This document shows positions 1 through 9,034 of a stretch of DNA of 64,000 nucleotides, in pieces (position 1 is the first letter of the stretch; each line of letters begins with the position of its first letter). Both the position numbers and the translations under genes were made by a program. Under the pieces are notes generated by a model, which ran no database searches, was not told where the DNA came from, and saw only the letters and a list, made by a program, of their open reading frames with translations. Source of the stretch: Polyangiales bacterium (GTDB lineage Bacteria; Myxococcota_A; Polyangia; Polyangiales; Ga0077539). The stretch lies in NCBI GenBank assembly GCA_044229975.1, contig JBGARZ010000019.1, forward strand, positions 32,001-96,000. Direction: 5' to 3'.

Positions 1-310
1 CGCGTTGGGCGAGCAGTCGATCGAGGACGGCGCGCGAGGCGGGGCTGAGCTCGGAGAAGATCACCCCGACGCCCGGCGGGTCATCCTGCACGCGCACCAC
101 CTCGCCGACCCCTTCGATGAACTCCATCTCGTCGTGCAGCACGGTGAACCGGAGGTTGACCTTGGTGCCCACCGTCAGCGGCGTGCGCGTCTTCAGAAAC
201 GCTCCGGTGCGCGACAGGTTGGTGACGTACTCCTCGATGAAGGCGTCGAAGGACTCGAACTCCTGGTTGATGGTGACGCGGTCGTCGCTGCGCCGGTGGT
301 CATCGCTCAT
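1..310 (-). CDS. Stand-alone PilZ-domain protein (myxobacterial paralogous type), 3' end cut by window edge
   Basis: Not in ORF track because no stop lies in the window. Manual translation from ATG at 310: MSDDHRRSDDRVTINQEFESFDAFIEEYVTNLSRTGAFLKT...GEVVRVQDDPPGVGVIFSEL; RxxxR and NxSxxG PilZ motifs present. Confidence 0.8.
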   Translation of the reverse strand, partial: MSDDHRRSDDRVTINQEFESFDAFIEEYVTNLSRTGAFLKTRTPLTVGTKVNLRFTVLHDEMEFIEGVGEVVRVQDDPPGVGVIFSELSPASRAVLDRLLAQR

Positions 311-331
311 GGAGAACTCCGCGTCGCCCGC

Positions 332-1939
332 TCACGCCCCGGCGAGGTCGAACTGCTCGATGTGATACTCGGGGCGCCCCTGCAAGACGATCTGACGCAT
401 GTAGCGCCGCTGGGCCTCTTCGAGGTCTTCGCGTGCCTCGTGCTTGAGACAGTCAACCACCGCGGGGTGCGCGTTGATGGTGACGGAGTAGCCCCTGAGC
501 TCGGCGCGCTCTCGACGAATCTGCCGGAGGATCTCGTACGCCACGGTGACCTTCGAAAAGGTGTGTCCCTTGCCGTCGCAATAGAAACACGCCTCGAAGA
601 GCGTGCGACCGAGCGACTCGCGGGTGCGCTTGCGGGTCATCTCGACGAGGCCGAGCTCGGAGATGCGCACGGTGGTGGTCTTGGCCTTGTCGTTCTTGAG
701 GGCCTCGACCAGTGCGCGCTCGACCCGCTCGCGGTTCTGCATCCGGTCCATGTCGATGAAGTCGATGACGATGAGGCCGCCGAGGTTGCGCAGCCGGAGC
801 TGGTACGCGATCTCTGCCACCGCCTCGATGTTGGTCGCGGTGACGGTCTCCTCGACGTCCTTCTTCCCGACGAAGCGACCAGTGTTCACGTCGACGGCGC
901 AGAGCGCCTCGGTCTGATCGATGATGAGGTACCCACCCGACTTCAGCGGCACCTTCCGCGCGAGCGCGCGGCCGATCTCGTCTTCGATGCCGTAGGCGTC
1001 GAACACGGGCTCGTCGCCCGCGTAGTGCTCCACGTCGTCTTTGCGGTCGGGCATGAACTGCTCGACGAAGCGCACGAGGCGACCGTGCGTGTCCTTGTCG
1101 TCGACGACGATCTTGTCGACCTCGGGGCCGAACACGTCGCGCACCGTACGCAAATGCACGTCGAGCTCGGAGTACAGCAGCGTCGGGCCCTTGCTGGTCT
1201 CGCGCTTGTGACAGATGTCCGCCCAGAGATGCGCAAGGTACGCGACGTCGGTCTTGAGCTGCTTCTTGGTGAGGCCCTCGGAGAGTGTCCGCACGATGAG
1301 GCCGCCCTTCTCGGGCTTCATCGACTCGATCACCTCACGCAGGCGTCGACGCTCCTTCTCGTTGCCAATGCGCTTGGAGACGCCGATGTGCTCGACCGTC
1401 GGCATGTACACGACGTAGCGGCCGGGCAGAGAGACATGGGAGGTGACCCGCGCCCCTTTGGTGCTGATGGGCCCCTTCGAGACCTGAACGACGATCTCCT
1501 GCCCCTCCTTGAGCACCTCGCGAATGCCCTTGGTGACGCGGGGCGCGCGCTGCGGACGCGAGTCGCGACGACGCCCACCACCCGTCGGCTTTCCCGCGGG
1601 TCGATCTTCCTCCGGGGCGCCCTCCGCGGTGGCGACGCCGTCGTCGCCGTGGGACTCGTCGTCGTCGTCGTCGTCGTCGTCGCCCGGCATGAGCGTCTTG
1701 AACTCCGACTCGGAGAGGGCGTCGTCGACGTGCAGGAAGGCGGCGCGCTCGAGACCGATGTCGACGAACGCGGCGTTCATCCCCGGGAGCACCCGGGTCA
1801 CCTTGCCGAGGTAGACGTCGCCGACGACATTGCGCTCGCCGCGTCGCTCGATGTGAAGCTCAGAGACGATGCCGCCCTCGATCAGGGCGACCCGGGTTTC
1901 GCCGATGTCGACGTTGATGACGATCTTGTTACCGACCAT
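332..1939 (-). CDS. rng: Rne/Rng family ribonuclease (RNase G-like)
   Basis: S1 region (VGDVYLGKVTRVLPGMNAAFVDIG), KGARVT, GGYLIIDQTEALCAVDVNTG, LRNLGGLIVIDFIDM, zinc-link CFYCDG; no long RNase E C-terminal scaffold. Confidence 0.92.
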   Translation of the reverse strand: MVGNKIVINVDIGETRVALIEGGIVSELHIERRGERNVVGDVYLGKVTRVLPGMNAAFVDIGLERAAFLHVDDALSESEFKTLMPGDDDDDDDDESHGDDGVATAEGAPEEDRPAGKPTGGGRRRDSRPQRAPRVTKGIREVLKEGQEIVVQVSKGPISTKGARVTSHVSLPGRYVVYMPTVEHIGVSKRIGNEKERRRLREVIESMKPEKGGLIVRTLSEGLTKKQLKTDVAYLAHLWADICHKRETSKGPTLLYSELDVHLRTVRDVFGPEVDKIVVDDKDTHGRLVRFVEQFMPDRKDDVEHYAGDEPVFDAYGIEDEIGRALARKVPLKSGGYLIIDQTEALCAVDVNTGRFVGKKDVEETVTATNIEAVAEIAYQLRLRNLGGLIVIDFIDMDRMQNRERVERALVEALKNDKAKTTTVRISELGLVEMTRKRTRESLGRTLFEACFYCDGKGHTFSKVTVAYEILRQIRRERAELRGYSVTINAHPAVVDCLKHEAREDLEEAQRRYMRQIVLQGRPEYHIEQFDLAGA

Positions 1940-2061
1940 GGATTGCGAACCAGACGCTATGCGCGCAGCGCCCGAATGCGCCGCGGCGAGCGGGGAGGGT
2001 ACTCCGAAGAGCGTTGGATGGAAGGGCGAATGAGCGCCTCGGGCTACAACAGCCCGTCGGC

Positions 2062-2577
2062 TCAGTTGGTGGTGAAGATGGCTTCGATTTCCTCGCGCAC
2101 CGAGTCTTCGGTGCGGTCGAGGGCGATGGCCAGCTCCTTCACGACGAGGCCCCGCGCGTTTTCGAGCATGCGCTTCTCGCCGAAGGAGAGGGACTTCTCG
2201 GTCTTGAGCCGGTAGAGGTCGCGGAGGACCTCGGCGACGTCGTAGATGCTGCCGGTCTTGATCTTGTCCATGAAGCCGCGATACCGGCGGTTCCAGGTCT
2301 GGTTGTCGTAGGCGACGGTGCGCTCGCGGAGGATCTCGAAGATCTCGCGGATCTCGGCCTCACAGATGACGTTGCGGAGGCCGACGACGTCGGCGTTCTT
2401 CACCGGCACCATGATGCGGCGCTCGGAGTCGAGGATGCGGAGAACGTAGAAGCGCTGCCTCGATCCGGCGATTTCGCGCTCCTCGATGCTGATCACCTCT
2501 GCCACGCCCTGGGCTGGATACACGGCCTTGTCACCGACCTTGAACTCCGAGCTGGTCCGCGCCTCTTGCATCGTCAC
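2062..2577 (-). CDS. cdnL: CarD/CdnL family RNA polymerase-binding regulator
   Basis: FKVGDKAVYPAQGVAEV N-terminal RID; TWNRRYR and SLSFGEKRML motifs; 171 aa with no HMGA tail, so CdnL-like. Confidence 0.88.
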   Translation of the reverse strand: MTMQEARTSSEFKVGDKAVYPAQGVAEVISIEEREIAGSRQRFYVLRILDSERRIMVPVKNADVVGLRNVICEAEIREIFEILRERTVAYDNQTWNRRYRGFMDKIKTGSIYDVAEVLRDLYRLKTEKSLSFGEKRMLENARGLVVKELAIALDRTEDSVREEIEAIFTTN

Positions 2578-2770
2578 TCCTCTGCACTTGAAACAAACGG
2601 GTTCGGCCCGTCACCGCGTGCGCCGGAACTCCGCAGAGTCCCGATCTCATCCAAGCAATTGCTGAGAGCGTCACCGATGTTTTGGTGACACACGAGCCTC
2701 ACACGCAAAGCGTCATCGCTGTCCGAGCGCTTGAGCTGCGGAGCGAGCAGGCAATGCGTGAGGCGGCCGG

Positions 2771-2799
2771 ACAATACGGGAATGACGCGCTCGCGTCAA
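2771..2799 (-). promoter_or_regulatory. Sigma70-type promoter for cdnL
   Basis: Minus strand TTGACG (2799-2794), 17 nt spacer, TATTGT (2776-2771). Confidence 0.6.
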
Positions 2800-2844
2800 C
2801 CCCTCCCCGGGATGTTGATGGAGGCGAAGGGGGACGAAGGGGAG

Positions 2845-3711
2845 TCAGCGCGCAGGAGCGGGCGCGACCGGAGGAGTCGAGGGCGGCACGGTGGGCGCCG
2901 CGTTGTCGAGCGAGGAGAGGTCGGGCAACTCCTCGATGTTGGGCATGAGCACGATCTCGACGCGGCGGTTCTGCGCGCGGTTTTCGTCGGTGTCGTTGGG
3001 TCTCGCGGGCTGAAACTCTGCGTAGCCTGCGCCGCCGAGGTGCACAGCGGCCACGTTGTTGGACGAAAGAAATCTCACCACGTTGAGAGCCCTGCCCGCC
3101 GAGAGCTCCCAGTTGTCGGCGAAGCGTCCTCCGCGCCCGAGCTGGACGTTGTCGGTGTGACCCGCCACGAGGAAGTCGCGGTCGCGGATCTGGGCGAGCA
3201 CCACGGCCACCTGGCGGAGCACCTGCTGGCCCTCGGCGCGAAGCTCGGCTCGACCGGAGTCGAACAGGATGCCCGCGGGGAGCTCGATGACCATGCGGCC
3301 GCGCACCGTGCGCACGCGAAGCTGGCCCGCCGAGATCATCGACTGAAACTGCGCGACCATGTTGCGGTAGGTGCTGAGCCGCGCCTCGGCCGCCTGCTGC
3401 CGACGCCGCAGCTCGGCCTCGCGCTGCTGCGCCTCGGTCAGCGCCGTCGCCTGCTGGGCACCCTGCGCTTGGAGCTGGGAGACGTTTTGCCCCAGCTCTT
3501 CGAGGCGGTGGGCCATCGTCGCGTTGGACGCCTGCATCCCCTCGAACTGCTCGCGCAGGTGGTCCCGCTCGCCCGTCAGCTCGCGGAGCTGCCCCTGTAA
3601 GGTGGTGATCTCCCGGAGCTTGCCCTGCCACTCGGCCTCGCCGTGACCGCAGCCCGTTGCGAGACCCGCTACCAACGACCACCCGAGCAGCGCCTGTTTC
3701 ACGTTCGACAT
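2845..3711 (-). CDS. OmpA/MotB-domain lipoprotein with coiled-coil
   Basis: Lipobox LATGC, Gln/Glu-rich coiled coil, then LFDSG..VAGHTD..NWELSAGRA..NRRVEI peptidoglycan-binding domain. Confidence 0.85.
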   Translation of the reverse strand: MSNVKQALLGWSLVAGLATGCGHGEAEWQGKLREITTLQGQLRELTGERDHLREQFEGMQASNATMAHRLEELGQNVSQLQAQGAQQATALTEAQQREAELRRRQQAAEARLSTYRNMVAQFQSMISAGQLRVRTVRGRMVIELPAGILFDSGRAELRAEGQQVLRQVAVVLAQIRDRDFLVAGHTDNVQLGRGGRFADNWELSAGRALNVVRFLSSNNVAAVHLGGAGYAEFQPARPNDTDENRAQNRRVEIVLMPNIEELPDLSSLDNAAPTVPPSTPPVAPAPAR

Positions 3712-3739
3712 GCCTCCAAAGCCCTGGAAAACGCGGCGG

Positions 3740-3769
3740 ACGCTAGACAGAGCTCCTGGGAATTGTCAA
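3740..3769 (-). promoter_or_regulatory. Putative sigma70 promoter for the OmpA/MotB gene
   Basis: Minus strand TTGACA (3769-3764), 18 nt, TAGCGT (3745-3740). Confidence 0.4.
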
Positions 3770-3819
3770 CGAAAGTGACGCCTCTGCACCCCGACGTACT
3801 TCGCCATGCGCTGACATGC

Positions 3820-3847
3820 TTGACACCAGCCCAAGAGACGATACATT
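3820..3847 (+). promoter_or_regulatory. Putative sigma70 promoter for the histone-like gene
   Basis: TTGACA (3820-3825), 16 nt, TACATT (3842-3847) in an AT-richer divergent gap; GGAGG SD upstream of ATG 3885. Confidence 0.5.
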
Positions 3848-3884
3848 ACCTAACAGTCAACCTCATCACTGGAGGTAAGGTTCA

Positions 3885-4241
3885 ATGGCAACTGCAAAGA
3901 AGAAGGCGGCCCCCAAGGCCAAGAAGCCGGCGGCGAAGAAGCCCGCGGCGAAGAAGCCCGCAGCCAAGAAGGCGGCGGCCAAGCCCGCAGCCAAGAAGGC
4001 AGCGGCCAAGAAGCCGGCAGCCAAGAAGGCTGCTCCGGCCAAGAAGGCAGCGGCCAAGAAGCCGGCAGCCAAGAAGGCAGCGGCCAAGAAGCCGGCCGCC
4101 AAGAAGGCCGCTCCCGCCAAGAAGGCGGCGGCCAAGAAGCCGGCCGCCAAGAAGGCCGCTCCCGCCAAGAAGAAGGCAGCCCCCAAGAAGGCTGCTGCCC
4201 CCGCGGCGCCCGTCGCCAGCGGCGGTGGCGAGGAAGAGTAG
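3885..4241 (+). CDS. Histone H1-like Lys/Ala/Pro-rich DNA-binding protein
   Basis: 118 aa almost entirely [10 protein letters not shown] repeats with acidic GGGEEE tail; SD, promoter and terminator support expression. Confidence 0.8.
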   Translation: MATAKKKAAPKAKKPAAKKPAAKKPAAKKAAAKPAAKKAAAKKPAAKKAAPAKKAAAKKPAAKKAAAKKPAAKKAAPAKKAAAKKPAAKKAAPAKKKAAPKKAAAPAAPVASGGGEEE

Positions 4242-4278
4242 ACCTCTCCTCGTCCAACGGGCCGCTCCCAAGGGTCCG

Positions 4279-4324
4279 TGGTTGAAGGCGCGCATGGTTT
4301 TCCATGTCGCGCCTTCAACCATTT
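4279..4324 (+). terminator. Intrinsic terminator-like hairpin
   Basis: TGGTTGAAGGCGCGCATGG-TTTT-CCATG(T)CGCGCCTTCAACCA, about 19-bp stem with one bulge, followed by a short TTT. Confidence 0.65.
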
Positions 4325-4376
4325 GGAGGGCTGACCGTCGCGACCATGCGGCTATGGTGGCCGCCGGAGGTCGCTC

Positions 4377-5342
4377 ATGCGCTTCGCCTTTCTCATGGAT
4401 CCGATCGAGCACGTGCTCGTCGACAAGGACACCACCTTCGCACTGATGCTCGAAGCCCAGCGCCGCGGGCACGAGGTCTTCACCATCGGCTCGGCTGATC
4501 TGGTTGCGACGCCGGACGGCCTCTTCGCCCACGGCCATCGCACGCGTGTGATGCGGGCCGACGCACCGGCCCACTTCCAACGCGACGCGCCCGCCGAGCG
4601 GGTGGATGTGGCGTCGCTCGACGCGGTGTTCATCCGCACGGACCCGCCCTTCGACGCGCAGTACCTCTACAACACTCTGCTGCTCGAACAGGTTCGCGGA
4701 AGGGTGCTGATCGTCAACGATCCGCGCGGCATCCGCGACGCCAACGAGAAGCTCTACGCGATGCACTTCCCCGAGGTCACGCCGCGCACCATCGTTACAG
4801 CGCGCGAAGCCGATGTACGCGCGTTTCTGGAAGAGATCCGCGGCCCGGGCGTGATGAAGCCGCTCGATGGCGCGGGCGGTCGCGGGATCATGGTCGTCGA
4901 CCTCAACGACAAGAACTTCCGCTCCATCGTCGAGACGCTGACCTTGGAGGGGAAGCGGTTTGCGATGGTGCAGGAGTTTCTTCCCGCCGTGCGCGAGGGC
5001 GACAAGCGGGTGCTGCTGCTCGACGGTGAGCCGCTGGGGGCGATCTTGCGGGTGCCGCGGGCCGACGAGTCGCGGAGCAACATCCACGTTGGCGGGACCG
5101 TGCAGCCGGTCGATCTCGATGCGCACGACCTCGCCATCGTCGCGGCCGTGGCCGATCGACTGCGGAGGGATGGGCTGTACTTCGTCGGGCTCGACGTCAT
5201 CGGCGGTCGGCTCACCGAGGTCAACGTGACCTCGCCCACCGGCATCCAGGAGCTGTCTCGCTTCACGGGCTCGGAGCCCGAGGCGAAGGTCATCGCGTGG
5301 GCCGAAACCCGCGCGAAGGCGATCAAGTCTTCCACCCGTTGA
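4377..5342 (+). CDS. gshB: Glutathione synthetase
   Basis: [68 protein letters not shown]. Confidence 0.95.
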   Translation: MRFAFLMDPIEHVLVDKDTTFALMLEAQRRGHEVFTIGSADLVATPDGLFAHGHRTRVMRADAPAHFQRDAPAERVDVASLDAVFIRTDPPFDAQYLYNTLLLEQVRGRVLIVNDPRGIRDANEKLYAMHFPEVTPRTIVTAREADVRAFLEEIRGPGVMKPLDGAGGRGIMVVDLNDKNFRSIVETLTLEGKRFAMVQEFLPAVREGDKRVLLLDGEPLGAILRVPRADESRSNIHVGGTVQPVDLDAHDLAIVAAVADRLRRDGLYFVGLDVIGGRLTEVNVTSPTGIQELSRFTGSEPEAKVIAWAETRAKAIKSSTR

Positions 5343-5475
5343 ATGACCATTCAGTGACGGCGCGGGTTGACACGCCGCGGCGGAAGCCCCTACACCACCG
5401 CGGCGCCGCGCACCCTTCCGGCCGAACGGCCACGCGCGACGTCCACCGAACCACCGTCAGCGAGGAGACGGCATC

Positions 5476-6312
5476 GTGAAGATCCTGGTTCCACTGAAGC
5501 GCACTGCAGACCCCGACAACGCCAACAAGATCAAGATCGGAGCGGGCGGCGCGAAGATCGAGACCACGGGGCTCGAACCGAAGGCCAACCCCTTCGACGA
5601 GTACGCCGTCGAGGCGTCGCTCCGGCTCATCGAAAACGGCCAGACCAAGGCGCGTAACGCGGGCGACAAGCTCACGGTCGTGTCCTTCGGCGCGAAGGAG
5701 GCTTCGGCCAACATCCGCCAGGCCCTCGCGATGGGCGGCGACGACGGGCTCCTCTACATCGCCGACGACGAGGCGCTCGACGGCGATCTCGTCGCGCGCG
5801 CGTTGGCCAAGGTGGTCGAGGCGCAGAAGCCCGACCTCGTGGTGCTCGGCAAGCAGGCCGTGGACGGCGACAGCAACCAGGTGGGCCAGGTGCTCGCCGA
5901 GCTGCTCCAGTGGCCGAGCGCGACCTTCGCCATGAGCATCGAGCTCAGCGCCGACAAGAAGACCGCCATCGTGGGTCGCGAGGTTGACGGCGGCGTCATC
6001 AAGCTGAAGCTCACGCTCCCCGCCGTCATCACGGTCGACCTCCGCATCGTCGCGCCGAAGAGCGTCACCAACCACGTGACTCCGGCGACGTTCTCGTACC
6101 CCGAGGGCGCGCGCTTCACGCCGCTCCCGATGATCATCAAGGCGAAGACGAAGCCCATCGTCGAGGCGCCCATCGCGTCGCTCGGCGTCGACGCCGCGTT
6201 GAAGTCCAAGTACGTGAGCTTCGCGCTGCCCCCGGCACGTAAGGGCGGCGTCAAGGTCAAGGACGTCCCCGAGCTGGTGCAGAAGCTGCGCGTCGAAGCC
6301 AAGGTCCTCTGA
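5476..6312 (+). CDS. etfB: Electron transfer flavoprotein beta subunit
   Basis: NPFDEYAVE, ALAMGGD, LGKQAVDGDSNQVGQ, REVDGG. Confidence 0.93.
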   Translation: MKILVPLKRTADPDNANKIKIGAGGAKIETTGLEPKANPFDEYAVEASLRLIENGQTKARNAGDKLTVVSFGAKEASANIRQALAMGGDDGLLYIADDEALDGDLVARALAKVVEAQKPDLVVLGKQAVDGDSNQVGQVLAELLQWPSATFAMSIELSADKKTAIVGREVDGGVIKLKLTLPAVITVDLRIVAPKSVTNHVTPATFSYPEGARFTPLPMIIKAKTKPIVEAPIASLGVDAALKSKYVSFALPPARKGGVKVKDVPELVQKLRVEAKVL

Positions 6313-6327
6313 GCGGAGTGATGTGAG

Positions 6328-7296
6328 ATGAGCAAGATCCTCGTGGTTGCAGAGGTCTCTGGCGGTAAGCTGAAGAAGACCACCCACAGCGCGATCACCT
6401 TCGCGCGTCAGGCGGGCCTCCCCTTCGACATCCTCGTGCTCGGGCACGACGTCGGCGCTGCGGCGGAAGAGCTGCGGGCGTACGGCGCCGGCGCGGTCAA
6501 GGTCGCCGACGACGCGACCCTCAAGAACTACGTCGGCGAGGCGTTTACGCCCACCGTCGCCGAGGCGGCCAAGGGTTACTCGGTCGTTGCAGTCACCGCG
6601 AGCTCCTTTGGCAAGGACCTCGCGCCTCGTGTCGCCGCGCGCCTCGGCGCCGGCCTCGCGAGCGACATCGCGGGCGTCGACGCCTCGGGCGGCGCGCTCA
6701 CCTACCAGCGTCCGATGTATGCGGGCAACGCGCTCGGCACCATGCAGATCACCACGGCCGTGCAGGTCGTGAGCACCCGTCAGTCGGAGTTCGAGGCGGC
6801 CGCGCCGAGCGGCGGATCGTCTCCCGTGGAGAAGGTCGCGGCCGTCGCGGCGCCTCTCGCGGCTCGCGTGGAGTTCTTGAGTTTCGACGAGGTGAAGTCG
6901 GCGCGGCCTGAGCTCACCGAGGCGAAGGTCGTCGTGTCGGGCGGGCGCTCGCTGAAGTCCGCCGAGGGCTTCAAGACCGTGCTCGAACCGCTCGTCGACG
7001 TGATGGGCGCGGCCATGGGCGCCAGCCGCGCGGCGGTCGATGCTGGGTACGTACCCAACGACCTCCAGGTCGGGCAGACCGGCAAGGTCGTCGCGCCGAA
7101 GCTGTACATCGCCGTCGGCATCTCCGGCGCGATCCAGCACATCGCAGGCATGAAGAACAGCAAGGTCATCGTGGCCATCAACAAGGACCCCGAGGCCCCC
7201 ATCTTCCAGCTCGCCGACTACGGGCTCGTGGCCGACCTCTACAAGGCCGTGCCCGAGCTCACCGACGCGGTGAAGAAGATCCGCGCCGAAGGCTGA
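6328..7296 (+). CDS. etfA: Electron transfer flavoprotein alpha subunit
   Basis: [49 protein letters not shown]. Confidence 0.95.
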   Translation: MSKILVVAEVSGGKLKKTTHSAITFARQAGLPFDILVLGHDVGAAAEELRAYGAGAVKVADDATLKNYVGEAFTPTVAEAAKGYSVVAVTASSFGKDLAPRVAARLGAGLASDIAGVDASGGALTYQRPMYAGNALGTMQITTAVQVVSTRQSEFEAAAPSGGSSPVEKVAAVAAPLAARVEFLSFDEVKSARPELTEAKVVVSGGRSLKSAEGFKTVLEPLVDVMGAAMGASRAAVDAGYVPNDLQVGQTGKVVAPKLYIAVGISGAIQHIAGMKNSKVIVAINKDPEAPIFQLADYGLVADLYKAVPELTDAVKKIRAEG

Positions 7297-7381
7297 TCCG
7301 TCCGCTCGCCGCGGTTTCCTACCCGGCGCCCCGCGTGGATGTGGTCAAAGTCCGCGTGCCTCGTTAGTGTCCTCCCTCCGC

Positions 7382-8827
7382 ATGCGTCGTCTCTCCATCG
7401 TCGTGACCCTGGTCGCGGTCGCCTCGCTGCTCTCTCGTAAGAGCGCCGCGCAGGACCTCAGCGGCTCGTGGCGCAGCACTCGCGACGACGTCGATGTCAC
7501 GGTGCGCGAGTGGGGCACCAGCTGCGGGCCGCGTCCGTCATCGCGCCACAACGGCGTCGGACGCGAAGCCACCGTGCGCGCGGTCGGAACGGGTGTGAGC
7601 GTCGACGTGGGCGGGCGCACGCTGCGATCGGATCGGTGCTGGAGCGACAATCGCGATGTCTCCGTCAGGACGTCGTCGCACCCGTCGGCCACACGATGGG
7701 TCACCACGTGCAGCACGCCCGACGGCGCCGCGCTCGCGGAGCGCGGGACATACACGACCTCGGCGGAGGGTGACCGCCGCCTCGTGCTCCGTGACGAGAC
7801 CGAGTACCAGTGGAACCTCGAAGGCTCGGTCTGTCGCGCCAGCTCCGTGATGGTGCGCGAGTACGACCGCGTCGGTGACGCGCCCGCGCCAACGCCAACG
7901 CCCACGCCAACGCCAGCGCCGACACCCGCTCCTGCTCCCACGCCCGCTCCGACGCCTGCTCCGCGTCGTTGTGTGACCGTCGGTGCGCCAGCTTCGCTGG
8001 TGATCAGCCCGGCGCGGCGCAGCATTCCGGTTGGTGGCCGAGGGTGCTTTCGCGCGAGGGTCGTCGACGCCGCGCGCTGCGATGTCGAGGGAGCCGCCGT
8101 CGAGTGGCGCGCCCGCTCCACAGGTGGCCCGGCGGAGGTTGCCGTCGAGCGCGGTTGCGTGACGTCGACGCGCGGGGAGGGCAGCGTCGAAGTGGTCGCG
8201 ACCGCGGGCGCGCTGAGCGCGAGGGCGGTCGTCACGGTGGTGAGCGAAGATCAGTTCCGCTCGCTCGCCGCAGCGCACATCGAGGAAGAGGACGCGTCGG
8301 TCGAGAGCGTCGCGCCCGGTGGGGGACAGTCGCTCGGCGTGTCCGTGAGCGCCGAACCGTCGGTCGCGCATCGCCCGTGGGGCTTGGCCCTGGTCGGAGT
8401 CGGCGGAGTGCTGCTGCTCCTCGTCGTCGTGGCGCTGCTCGTCCGGCGCGGTCGCGTCAAGACGCCGCCTCGGTGGAGTGATCCGCCGGTCCCCCCGAGA
8501 CACGACGAGCCGGCGTCGGAGCCGGTCGCTCCTCCAACGGTGGTGGTCCCGCCGCAGGTCAGCGCGCCCCGGCCCGAGCCGACGGTAGGACCGGTCGCGT
8601 TCACACGGCGCTGCCCGGCTTGCGGAAAGCTGTTCGGGGACACCTCGGACTTCTGCACCGAAGACGGCTCGCGTCTCGCCTCGCTCGCGGGACAGGCGCC
8701 GCTCGCTCCCCCCACCGCCCCGGCCGTTGTGCCGCTGCGGGTACGCGTCTGCCCCAGGTGTGCGCGCCGCTACGAACCGCCCATGGACTTCTGCGTCGAC
8801 GACGGCGAGAGGCTGCGGGACGGGTGA
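7382..8827 (+). CDS. Secreted single-pass membrane protein with Pro-rich linkers and C-terminal double zinc-ribbon
   Basis: Signal peptide, Cys-paired beta-rich ectodomains, (PT/PA)n linker, TM helix, then CPACG..FCTEDG and CPRC..FCVDDG. Confidence 0.7.
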   Translation: MRRLSIVVTLVAVASLLSRKSAAQDLSGSWRSTRDDVDVTVREWGTSCGPRPSSRHNGVGREATVRAVGTGVSVDVGGRTLRSDRCWSDNRDVSVRTSSHPSATRWVTTCSTPDGAALAERGTYTTSAEGDRRLVLRDETEYQWNLEGSVCRASSVMVREYDRVGDAPAPTPTPTPTPAPTPAPAPTPAPTPAPRRCVTVGAPASLVISPARRSIPVGGRGCFRARVVDAARCDVEGAAVEWRARSTGGPAEVAVERGCVTSTRGEGSVEVVATAGALSARAVVTVVSEDQFRSLAAAHIEEEDASVESVAPGGGQSLGVSVSAEPSVAHRPWGLALVGVGGVLLLLVVVALLVRRGRVKTPPRWSDPPVPPRHDEPASEPVAPPTVVVPPQVSAPRPEPTVGPVAFTRRCPACGKLFGDTSDFCTEDGSRLASLAGQAPLAPPTAPAVVPLRVRVCPRCARRYEPPMDFCVDDGERLRDG

Positions 8828-8893
8828 GAGACCTCGAAGCCAAAGGGCAGGGGGCCGTTCGTATCGAAGCCACAGCGAGCGCGAACACCACGC

Positions 8894-8923
8894 TTGACCC
8901 CGGATTCCGCGGATCTCTAGAAT
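8894..8923 (+). promoter_or_regulatory. Putative sigma70 promoter for the GltJ-like gene
   Basis: TTGACC (8894-8899), 18 nt, TAGAAT (8918-8923). Confidence 0.5.
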
Positions 8924-9034
8924 GCGCGACCGCAGCGGTAGGCGGCGCGGCGTGACACGCGCCTCGGCACTCCGCAAGACCCGCGTCCATCCATCACCCA
9001 GACCACGCCAGGGCCTCGCACGGGACAGAGCCAC

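Noticed and set aside
5..2215. 736-aa plus-strand ORF, and similar long ORFs such as 7538-11023(-), 20536-23874(-), 25417-27642(+), 33336-35384(+)
   Set aside because: Antisense or off-frame shadows of well-supported genes, expected in high-GC DNA
3850..4318. Minus-strand repetitive ORFs (AAFLAAG and WPLPS repeats)
   Set aside because: Antisense to the Lys/Ala-rich gene, which has the SD, promoter and terminator
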